DNA of 64,000 nucleotides from Hydrolagus affinis (taxonomy: Eukaryota): the NCBI GenBank assembly GCA_012026655.1, contig JAAILG010000281.1:1-64000 (forward strand), in the 5' to 3' direction. Shown here in pieces: positions 24,172-34,020 of the stretch (its first letter is position 1; every line of letters begins with the position of its first letter). The position numbers and the translations under genes are program-made. Below the pieces are notes generated by a model. That model searched no databases, was not told the origin of the DNA, and saw nothing but the letters and a program-made list of their open reading frames with translations.

Positions 24172-24345
24172 AAATAATCCTTGCATTTTTATTTAGTAGC
24201 TTTTATATTAGGAGCAGTGCAGTGACTGTGTAGGCTGTATGTGAATGTGACAACCAATTTGCTCATAGCAATGTCCCACAAACAGCCAAGGAGTGAATGA
24301 CCAATTTTATTTGGTGGATTGTTAGCCTGAACACCTGAAGACACT
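24172..24345 (-). mobile_element. Older DeuSINE 3' half, interrupted by a hAT MITE
   Basis: AATAATCCTTGCATTT..CAACCAATTTGCTCATAGCAATGTCCCACAAACAGC..AATGACCA. Confidence 0.7.
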
Positions 24346-24837
24346 AGTGACATGCGTTGTGTAATATGATGGGGTAGGCACTTCTCAGTCCATACGAACT
24401 TTTGGGCTATAAAGCCACGCCCCCAAAGGCAGCAACAGACTCTGCCTTTTTCCCCAGTCATTTTTTCAGCAAATACGCATGCGCAGATATGGCATTTCAA
24501 TGTGATCTGATTGCAATTGATAGAAAGAGGAAAGGCAGCGGTACCTTGTGCCTATTTCACCCATTACTGAGACATTGAGAAAGGAACACGCACGCGCATC
24601 GGAACCTACATTCAACTCAATGGGTAAAAAAGGCCTGGGGCTGCCTTTCTGTTGCTTTTAAGGTAGGCATATAAAATCGCAATTAAATAATTTTGGTAGT
24701 TTCTACTAAAAATCGTTTGCATTATGTAAAATGTGCATTGGAAAAATATAAACCATTAAATAATCATCCACAATTTAAAGTTTTATTTTCATAAGGTAGG
24801 CTCTGCCTACCCTGCCTACCATGACTACACGTCCATG
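24346..24837. mobile_element. 492-bp non-autonomous hAT element
   Basis: 8-bp TSD GAAGACAC at 24338-24345 and 24838-24845. Degenerate TIRs TAGTGACATG..GGGTAGGCA and TGCCTACCCTGCCTACCATGACTACACGTCCATG. Internal GGTAGGC repeats. Confidence 0.75.
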
Positions 24838-24968
24838 GAAGACACTTTTTGTGCAGTCCTTTGTCAGCCAGTATTGGACTGGCTCCCTGAAAGGGAGGGA
24901 ATGTGATGTAAAATGGGGGTGGGGGTGGGGGTGGCGGGGGAGAGTAGGCTCAGGAGCCGCTATTTTAT

Positions 24969-25265
24969 AACAATAATAATAATCCTTACATTTGATATAA
25001 CACCTTTCATGTCTTCTAGATGTCTCAAAGCGCTTCACAGAATATGCTGTAAAACTAATTCACTGTATAATTGTGGGCGAAATGCGGCAGCCAGTTGTGC
25101 ACAGCAGTGTCCCACAAACAGGTGTAGATTGAAAGGTCCAAATTTTTACATTTTAGTAAGGAAAATGTAGTAAGGAAACTTCCTCAAAGTTTTTCCCTAC
25201 CAGGAATCAAACCCAGGTCCCTCACTTGCAAGGTGAGTGCTCTGACCCCTGAGCTACAGGACTCC
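24969..25265 (-). mobile_element. Young tRNA-derived DeuSINE, full length
   Basis: Minus strand GGAGTCCTGTAGCTCAGGGGTCAGAGCACTCACCTTGCAAGTGAGG..., core and (ATT)n tail. ATTTTAT occurs on both flanks (possible TSD). Confidence 0.92.
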
Positions 25266-25321
25266 ATTTTATGAAGCTGTATCTGAAATTTCCAGGTTTC
25301 CCATATAGTCAGTCTGCCACT

Positions 25322-25550
25322 GATGGCATCTTTAACATTAACCTGAATAGACAAACAGGATTTTTGTTTAATATCTCATCATGAAGAAGGCAGATAAATC
25401 AACCATAGGACTCACCTAACATTCACACAACTGCACATTCCAACAACGGTTACTGGAATATAAGAGTTACTGGCTGATTTATTTTTCCTTACTCACAGGG
25501 TTTTGTGGAAAGCTGTTTGGTATGATTCCTGATCTGCGCAGTCTATCTCA
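25322..25550 (-). mobile_element. Ancient DeuSINE fragment
   Basis: ATGGCATCTTTAACATTAACCTGAA..GTTTAATATCTCATC..AAGAAGGCA is a reversed Deu domain. Confidence 0.55.
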
Positions 25551-25732
25551 ATTGGTGAATGTACCACAAATGGCCTCAAACCATTGATCTTCCTTTTCTT
25601 TATTGCTCCGCACCACAACAGGCAATTAATTCATCTATTCATTGGGGAAGGCCGATTTCAGTGGCTCGTTAAACAAAATGTGAAAAAATACTGAATTTTT
25701 TGAATTGTGAAATTGTAAAACATAGCCAAAGG

Positions 25733-25808
25733 TAACAACAACAACAACAACAACAACAACATTATACTTTTAGAATGCCTTTCAAGTCAGGAGGACGTCC
25801 CAAGGCGT
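25733..25808 (-). mobile_element. L2 3' tail with (AAC)9 microsatellite
   Basis: (AAC)n..TGCCTTTCAAGTCAGGAGGACGTCCCAAGGC. Confidence 0.85.
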
Positions 25809-26175
25809 GGAGGTAACAGAAAAAAAGGAAAATTGATTTGGAAATGAAAGCAATTGTTCTGCAACGTACAATAGAATTCCAAGGACTGAAAATCAGAAAA
25901 AGAATGAAAACATTTGAAGTGAATACACTCCGATGATATTGCACAGACGTGAAATATTCGGCTCATGAAAATACACAATCTTAGTATGATTGGGGTTTGA
26001 TGAAACCTACGGCTTCGGTTGAATGTTTTAGGTGATTGGTGTTTATTTGGTTAAATGGATAGATACAGCCAACGTAACAGACTCTGGCAATAGTTTATAT
26101 GTATTTCCACAGTTGAAGAGATTTTCCGGTTGAGTATGCCAAAAAACATTTTAACCCATTCATGGTTAAGAGTTT

Positions 26176-26234
26176 AAGCACTTTGGCACATCCTCCCGAT
26201 ACGAAAGTCTCCATATAAGTGTAGATTTGTATTG
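26176..26234 (+). mobile_element. L2 3' tail, decayed
   Basis: GCACTTTGGCACATCCTCCCGATACGAAAG..ATATAAGTGTAGATTTGTATTG. Confidence 0.65.
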
Positions 26235-27499
26235 TAAATCCTGATATGGTTTCTAATTTGCCAGTGTTGATCAGGTTTATATGGTTCTCAGTTAAATTTG
26301 GGAATATTTCTATTGATGTCTGTCATTTATTTGGCAATTCAGTCTGAACAAAATTAGCCGGAAACATAATGGAATATATCTATGCTTTACAGATCTGCTT
26401 GAGTTCTAAAATCTGCTACTGTCCGTAGATAAAGTTCGGCTGCAGGTAGGTGTGATTGCTAAATTAAAAAGATCATTAGAAGATAAGACGCTATATCAAA
26501 TGCAAGTACTGATTGCTATTATTAACTCTAAGTATTTAAAGCTTTAGTACTGGTATTAGATTCATAATACGATAGATATATTTTGGAAAGGCGGCATGTT
26601 TCCAGGTGCCTCCAATATTGCCCTAATTTCACAGGGGAGATACACAAAGTAGGGCTGGCTTGCCTGACAATTGCTTCCCGGAACCATGTGTGATGTGCCA
26701 GCCTCTTCCCTACTGAAAATGTAAGCACAGTCTGAGTCCTTTCATTCCCTGACACAATATATGGAAGCACTATGTGCTACAGCACCATACTGTCTCCACT
26801 CCTCAAATTGTTTCATATTTCATCTCATGATTTATAATGTTGCACACATACAATTTAATAAGCAACACAACACGTTAAATAAACACATTGCTGGCATCTG
26901 TTGGTTTAACCGAGAGCAATTTCTGGCTAATACCACGGTTAATTTTTACATTTAAATAAAATTAAATTATATTTACTGAAGCATTTTATGGAGACTTGTA
27001 TTCAAAATATCATTAGAAATTAACATTTAAAGTTGTGATGCCGAACCATTAGGTATGGCGCAGAGCAGAAAATCCAGTTTGTCACAATCTCTGTCATGTT
27101 TTTAGTCATTTCAACATGAAGAATTCCTATTGATTTAGAAAAAGGAAAGTGAGTATGGAACAAATGAGTTAAAGATCAATATCAGTCAGGATTCATTGTG
27201 TTTAACGATAGCCATGAATTAATTTTAGTAAATAACAGAGAAAATATAACTAACATTTAGAGAAGACTTGTTCTGCCTTCCAAATATGGAACTTTTTCCT
27301 ATAAAAGATCTGATATTTTGTGCATGTTCTGGGATCAGTTGCTTTCAGTTGCTGGCAAATCGGATGCAATTCTAATTACCTTTGGGTAATCATTCTCACT
27401 TCCATTTTAGTGTAGCTTTAATGTTAAAAAATAACCCACCTATATGAATCTTCTTTACCAAGTGTACCTTTTATTCTGCCTCCCAGATTCCACTGTTTT

Positions 27500-27930
27500 A
27501 TAATAGGGGGAGAAAAGTCGCTTCTGATTGATTGAATGTCAACTCTAAAGCCATTTTTTTTCATAGCCATTCGAGGAGAAGAACTCTGAGTTGAATACGA
27601 TCACATCGCAGGTGAAACTGGGTCACTTTCTGATGTGAATTTCTCATGTCAAGTGCAGGCTTACCACTGCTACACATTCTATCTCATCCACAATACTAGT
27701 AGGCTGATTATGCATAGCTGAGACAACTCAGCCATTCTGTCAGGCTTGATTCATGGCATTCACGGAGCAAACGGATCAAAATGTAATCTTTTGATTTTTA
27801 AAAATTCTGATTTGAAATTCCGTCTGGAATCTGTACATGATTAACCTCGACTCGTTGCATCATGACTAACGTTTTCGGCGCAGCAGCTTCTCAGTGATTT
27901 TTCTTTTTTTTGTGCAACTTTGCATTTAAT
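27500..27930. promoter_or_regulatory. Candidate conserved non-coding or alternative-promoter block
   Basis: Repeat-free with locally retained CpGs (CTCGACTCG, TTTTCGGCGCAGC). Contains TGATTGATTG (Pbx-Hox-like) and a minus-strand GTAAGC donor at 27664. Conservation not tested. Confidence 0.25.
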
Positions 27931-27974
27931 AACAACTCAGTCGTAGTGATGGCATAGTGTCTTGTATAACCATC

Positions 27975-28395
27975 CAGGTGAAATTTTACAGCTCTTGTGA
28001 ATCCTTGACACCACATAAAGGCAGACAGGGGCACAGTAATGGTGTGACTCTTCTTTTTTCAGTAACCCATTGAATATGGTGCGACCGTTGGCAGAATGTG
28101 TACTGTATTCCTGACAAAAGATGATAATCCATACCATCACCCAGCATCCACATCCAATTTCCTCCATCTACCAGGTACCTCCACAGCTCAAAGGAATGGA
28201 ATGTTAGAGGCTTTACCTGATGTATCTCTTTATGTGCAGCCACGGCAGAAGTTGAACCACCTCTCTTGGATGTTGAAATTGTGACAACAGTAGACTGAAG
28301 CACCAGCCCTCGGAAGATCTGACTTCATCATGCGCTGGGCAGATAATAACATGACAACAAATTGTCCTGGTCAACCGAAGATAATTTCTAGCTCA
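27975..28395 (+). mobile_element. Penelope-like element (PLE) RT fossil
   Basis: Colinear motifs: HIKADRGTVMV (cf. IKxADKGxxVV), HPASTSNFLHLP (cf. PxTxxFYxLPKIHK), LPDVS..PRQKL..LSWMLK (cf. RPIVS..PT.KL...L..ILKP) and SDFIMRW..N (cf. DFIxKL..N.ILVTLDVSSL). Contains stops and frameshifts. Confidence 0.5.
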
Positions 28396-29504
28396 AAAAG
28401 TGGACTTAAGTACAGTATTTCTTTCTCCTTTGAGGCATTTTTGGACATTAGCAGTATTGCCTCTGTCATTAATGTAAATCTACCACCAGCTTCCATGAGA
28501 CAAATTACCCTAAACATCCCAGTGAAAAAACAACAATGTTTTGAGGGGTAAAATGTGAGCTTTCTTGTGTGAAGAAAACAACTATTTCCCCATCATGTAA
28601 CATCAGCATGAATTAGATTCACAAAATGCTTTTAAGAAGAGGTTCACACCACACTGAGCAATAGTTTATTAATTTACTTATTAACTGTATTCTGTGGAAA
28701 TACAGTAAGCTTTTTGTAAACATTCATCCAATGTAAAATTGCAACAGTCGCAGGTAGAAAATGGGTTTTCTTAGCAGCTAAAGTGATTTGGGATTTTGTG
28801 ATGAATGAACGTGGTTTAAGTATCTGTGGTTCATACTTACAGGCTTGGAATGCTGGATTTCAGACTTTAATCCATCATTGAGTTCTTAAAAAGACAGAGG
28901 ATATCAACAGGTTTCCAGATGTTGAAGAGGCCATTTAGGATTCAGTCTTGAAGTTCAATTTTCTGTACTTTGCTTTCCAGTTGCACTTGATATGCAGTGG
29001 AAGTTAGTGAGAATATAATCACATCTAGGCATTCCAGGGGAAAATTGGTTCAGACGCACAGGTTGACCCTATCAGTGCTGAATTTCTTTGGAGCTTTGAA
29101 AATGCACACATTTGCATTGAGTAACATTGAAAATAATATATTTAATAAATGCTTTAAGTAAATTAGCATAAAGTAGTAAATCTCTGAACATGACTTTCTT
29201 TAGTTGTTCCACATGGTTTTAATTTGAAACAGTTCACTTTGGTACAAAGCATATAACCTTTAACAATTAGATTTACTTCATTGTTTTCAATAGTAACAAA
29301 CGACTCACAAAAGCTTCTTGTCCATTTTGCATAAGCCTTTCCCTTGAGCAATGTGCAAAGACTCTGTGGAGATAATGTATGAAGCTGGTGCGTGAGACAC
29401 AATTTTTCATTGATATTTCTACTTATTTTTTTGCCTTGTTCAGAGATGAAATCTTAATATCTCTCCTGTTCAAAGTAGCCCACTGTATCCACACAACCTT
29501 TATT

Positions 29505-29768
29505 TCTGGAACTCCATCCTGGAGCCTCTCCAGTTCAGCTCCTCCCCCACGTCTTTCAAGATCCAGCTTAAGACCTTCGTCTTTGATCATGCCTTTGGTC
29601 ATCTTTCCACTTCCCATCCACCTCAGCTCCTACCCCCAGCTTGGGTGCCAAGACAAGCCTGTCAAGTGCCTTGAGACATCCTCCCGACATGAAAGGCACT
29701 ATATAAATGTAAATTTGTATTTTATTTTGCTGACATGAAAGGCACTACGTAAATGTAAATTTGTATTT
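29505..29768 (+). mobile_element. L2 3' end with duplicated tail
   Basis: WNSILEPLQFSSSPTSFKIQLKTFVFDHAF, then the tail. GACATGAAAGGCACTA..TAAATGTAAATTTGTATTTT occurs twice. Confidence 0.88.
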
Positions 29769-30017
29769 TCTTATTATTTTATTATGTATTTTGTACTTAT
29801 TATACTAACAGTATTTAGCAAGTACATTTAGACTCAGACTCTTGAGCCTCTGTGTAATGTCCCAGATACCATGTCATTGAGACATCGTAAAGCACTTCAT
29901 GGGATTTTACTGTGAAATTCAGTCACTGTATAATTGTGATGGGTCTATAATACAATATTTAAAATAAGACTCATAATTAGCAATCCTGCTATTAAGTGAA
30001 AGTGCATCATTTCGACA

Positions 30018-30200
30018 TCAACAACAACAACGACTTGCATTTATATAGCGCCCTCCACACCGGACGGCATCTCGGAGCGCTTCACAATGGCGGCGTCTGA
30101 GGCCGAGCCAGGGGGAAAGGGAAGGTGACCATAAGCACAGTTGAAGAGAAAGGTCTTTGGGCGCGACCTGGGGGTGCAGAGGAGTGGAGAGATTTAAACA
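30018..30200 (-). mobile_element. L2 3' end (subfamily B), relatively young
   Basis: Minus strand ..GTGAAGCGCTCCGAGATGCCGTCCGGTGTGGAGGGCGCTATATAAATGCAAGTC(GTT)n with CpGs retained. Upstream AAAGACCTTTCTCTTC encodes KTFLF. Confidence 0.85.
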
Positions 30201-31066
30201 CAAGAGTGACATGCAGGAACTCTGCTCTGGAAATAGGAAGCATCAGAACAAAATTCCTCCATTTCAGATCATGTTCGCACCTGGAGTGGCTATTTGCAAT
30301 ACCAGTTATGTATACAGCGTTTCAAATCTCAATACAGAACTCAATCTTGGGCACAACAATATTTTTAAGTGATCATCGTTTCAAACATCGTTCTGCATAG
30401 CAAACTTTACTATTGGAGACACAAACAGAAATAATGAATGTACCTTCCTGCGCTTTAAGGTGACAATGCATTTTTAAAAATAAAAAAGATAGAATAAGTT
30501 GCTAATGGAAAACCAAATATTTCCTTTTTAAATGGTGAGAAAATGAAGCATGACATATTTATTTCACAGTTACACAAAGCATGTACATTAATATATAGGT
30601 TAACAAATAATATATTCTTCTGGAAGTAAGTGACCATTTTAATATGTTTTCATGCCTACAGCTATTTAGAAAATGTAACTGTTTATAATAATGTACATCA
30701 GTGTTGCTTCATACACGTTTTTTTCCAAAATCACCAGTTTTCTAAATTTTCAAGTCACTTAAAATAAAATATGTTTTTACATTCGACACGTGACTTGGTT
30801 ATAATTCTTTGTACATTAGCTTTGGAAGGAATACAACATCGAATTTGAATATATTGCATTATAAGTGGCATTTTTGCATACAAGATTGTTACAGCACTAT
30901 TTTACACAAAAATAACAATAATATATTCATGTCACATCACTATTTTATAGAAAAATATCAATGTAGGTATTCAATGGCAGCCAGTTGTAAATTACTCTGT
31001 GCGCAATTGTCCAATTAGCTAGCCAAACTGCAATAGAATTTCTTTAGTGATTCTATGCTGGCATAA

Positions 31067-31085
31067 TCCTCCCCTCTAGTGGCTG
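31067..31085 (-). promoter_or_regulatory. Candidate CTCF site
   Basis: CAGCCACTAGAGGGGAGGA, one mismatch to the core CCACTAGAGGGC. Confidence 0.3.
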
Positions 31086-31292
31086 CAAAATGAAAGGTAC
31101 AAATTGTTGGATGCATAGACATGTACGGAACTAAAAACTCAATAATTTGTGCACACAGAGCAATTTACAGTAATACTTCAGATAACCAATGTTCACCGAA
31201 GTATTATTGACTGAGATGAGACAGGCACTGGTGGCAACGATTTAAACAGGATCATCATGAGTCACTCAAGACTTAGACTTAGGTTCTTAGTG

Positions 31293-31827
31293 CTGCCCAC
31301 AGCATGGAAATAGCCCTGGTCAAAGTCTCTTAAGAACATTCGAAACATCTGTGACCAGGACTCTTTCTGTCTCCTTGTCCTCCTCGACCTCTCTGCTGCC
31401 TTTGACACTGTCGACCACTGTATCCTCCTACACCGCCTCTCCTCTCAGCTGAATCTTCGTGAACCTGCCCTTGCCTGGTTCGAATCTTATCTATTCCATC
31501 ATCTCCACTTTGTCACCATTAACAGCTTCTCCTCCAGCCCCTCGGGATTCTGTTCTTGGCCCTCTCATTTTCAACATCTGTATGCTCCCCCTTGGTGACA
31601 TCATGCTCAGACATAGCAGATGGCACCCAACTCTTTTTCTCTGCCTCCACCCTCGATTCCAACACCACTGCTGTCCTGCAGACTGCCTGTCGGATATCAA
31701 GTCCTGGACCAGAGCTAATTTCCTATAGATAAATGTCAACAAGGCCAAGGTCCTCCGCCTCCGCAGCCTTGGGACGTCCTCCCGACATGAAAGGCAGTAT
31801 ACAACCCAAATTTTGTTGTTGTTGTTG
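31293..31827 (+). mobile_element. L2 RT core fragment, internally deleted and joined to a 3' tail
   Basis: HSMEIALVKV..LLVLLDLSAAFDTVDHCILLHRL..ALAWFESYL..SVLGPLIFNICMLPLGDI..DCLSDIKSWTRANFL*IN, followed directly by GCCTTGGGACGTCCTCCCGACATGAAAGGC..(TTG)n. Confidence 0.95.
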
Positions 31828-32999
31828 CTTCCTCGTTGCTTCAATAAACCATGTTTGTTTATGTGGCCAAATTTAGTTTTAGGGTTAGTTAGAAACTGAA
31901 CAATCTCACTGGTACAGGTGGTTAAAATTAAAGACATACCTCATTGAAACGGGAACAGTTAGAGTAGAGTACAACTCCAAGTGATTTGACTATGTGAGCT
32001 GAACCTAAGTAACAAGAGGAACATGTTCAGTTCACTGTGGTTGGAAGAGTAATCGGACCTTTCCAGTGCAACAGTACAGTGATAACATTTTGGCCAATTT
32101 TGTAGGCTTTAACAAAATTTTATTTTGTTTGTATCTGAATCAGAAATAAATGAAGAACTATTTTTAGTTGGAGAAATGTACTGTATGACCTTAACCTGTC
32201 TGCTTGAAGTGAAGTAAGCTCGCCTGAAATTCACAATTCTTTCATGTTGTACAAGTTAATCCACAAATATTCCAGGAAAGCCAAAGGGACACACACAAAA
32301 AAGCAATTGGTCATTACAGTATTTGAAGCTGAAACAGCCAAACATAATGATGAAAGTACATTTCCTTTCACCACCAACATTTAATGGGATCAAAGTCAGT
32401 TATATAGTAAAATGGAATCCTTCAGCCCTACTCTGAAAGGTGTAAAAATCATTCAATATGATTGTTAAATGTGAAAATATATCCTTTCTTCTTAAAACAT
32501 TGTGCAATATAAATTAGAATAATATTCATGTACTATACATATCTAAAGACCACTTTCCTGACAGTAATTTCAAGGCTGGAACTAAAATTGCTTAGATTTG
32601 TCCTCCCATAGTAAAAGATGAATTGTATTATGTTGAAAAATGAAGCCCCCCAAATGTACATGTAATGCTACATATGCTACCCTTGTGCTCCTAATGTTGT
32701 GACCATAATTTTAAATGGTCCCTATCTAACCAAGGGAACTTAATTTCTATCACTTCTCGTCAAAATACTGTGAGGAACCTTTGTTTCGACCCCTATGGTT
32801 CTAGGCCCATTTCTGGCCACCACATTTCCAATCTTTACTACCCCAAAGTTATTTTTCTTCTCTTATTGAATGTATTTAATGGGAATCCTTAGAGAAGTAT
32901 TCTTGTCTAATATTCCCTTTGTTGACCCAAGATGCATAAAACCAACTGTAGCAACCCATCCACTAACCCCTGAGTGGGTCTCAACCAATTTGATTGGCA

Positions 33000-33560
33000 T
33001 TTGCTTTGGCTTTGAAAAAATGTCACTGGTCCAAATAAAAGTGCGTGCAACGTTGGCCATCCTGTCAGTATAAATGAATAATGATCTCATTTAGCATGTG
33101 CCAGGCTCCAGAGAAGTGAACTCTATAATGTTGCAGCTGCTGGGTCAAACAAGAAGTGCAAATTCAAGGACACAAAGTAATAAATGGTAGACAATGTAAT
33201 TTGCCCATTTGTTCTTTTATTTGCATTTTGTCAACAAAAAAGTGGGGTAAAAAACCGTCCTGCCTCTGGTTGGCTGTGCTGATCACTGACTCCAACAAGC
33301 TAAGTCCTCAGCTGACCTCTCTGTTTCACCATTGCATTGCTTCTGCATGTTGTATTCTACATTCCATTTTTGCAAGTGTTTAGAAAACCATAACGCAGAG
33401 TAATATTTATTTACTCGTTGATACATTAAAGCTGCTCGCTCAATACTTTTTTAACGCTGACCATGTTTTGGCGGATTTTTTTCCATGTCTAAGTGAATCT
33501 TTCCCAGGCGTATTCCACTGGATACCATGCATGATTATGATGACTTCAGGATAAACCTGT
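33000..33560. promoter_or_regulatory. Candidate conserved non-coding element
   Basis: Repeat-free block with TGATTGG, CTGTCA (Meis), CAGCTG E-boxes, ATTTGCAT octamer and TAAT sites. Conservation not tested. Confidence 0.25.
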
Positions 33561-33599
33561 AAAATAGCGAAATATGCCAATGTGAACACATTTGTTATG

Positions 33600-33919
33600 T
33601 GGAGTCCTGTAGCTCAATGATTAGAGTACTCGCCTTACAAGCGAGAAACCTGGGTTCAATTCCAGGCAGGGTGAAACTTTGAGCAAGTTTCTTTACTCCA
33701 CATGCCTAATGATATTCCCTAAAAAAAAATTGGTAATTTCAATCCACGACTGTTTGTAGGACACTACTGTGCACAATTGGCTGCCGCATTTCACCCACAT
33801 ATATACAGACATTCTACAGTATATTCTGTGAAATTTACTTTACAGAATATTCTGTGAAGCGCTTTGAGACTCTAGAAGACATGAAAAGCGCTATATCAAA
33901 TGCAAGGATTATTATTATT
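33600..33919 (+). mobile_element. Young tRNA-derived DeuSINE, full length
   Basis: Head GGAGTCCTGTAGCTCAATGATTAGAGTACTCGCCTTACAAGCGAGAAACCTGGGTTCAATTCCAGG. Core GTGCACAATTGGCTGCCGC. Tail GCGCTTTGAGAC..GAAAAGCGCTATATCAAATGCAAGG(ATT)n. Internal duplication of about 26 bp near 33815-33858. Confidence 0.95.
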
Positions 33920-33954
33920 TCACCATCTTTGACAGATATGCTGATCAGTTTTAA

Positions 33955-34020
33955 TACAACAGTAACAACAAATTACTTGTGTATAGCATCTTTCACCTCA
34001 GGAGGACGTCCTAAGATGCT
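33955..34020 (-). mobile_element. L2 3' tail (subfamily A)
   Basis: AACAACAAATTACTTGTGTATAGCATCTTTCACCTCAGGAGGACGTCCTAAG. Confidence 0.75.

Noticed and set aside
27937-28303. Minus-strand ORFs with Harbinger-like WMLGDG and GLLK words
   Set aside because: Motif spacing is wrong for a Harbinger transposase. The plus-strand Penelope-like reading explains the region better.
31459-31937. 89-aa and 148-aa ORFs
   Set aside because: Sense and antisense frames of a broken L2 RT fragment.
33600-33672. tRNA-Val/Ala-like cloverleaf (also at 39489, 41539, 25200, 62600, 3360)
   Set aside because: Each is the head of a multi-copy SINE, followed by the same body and tail, with mismatched stems. Not tRNA genes.
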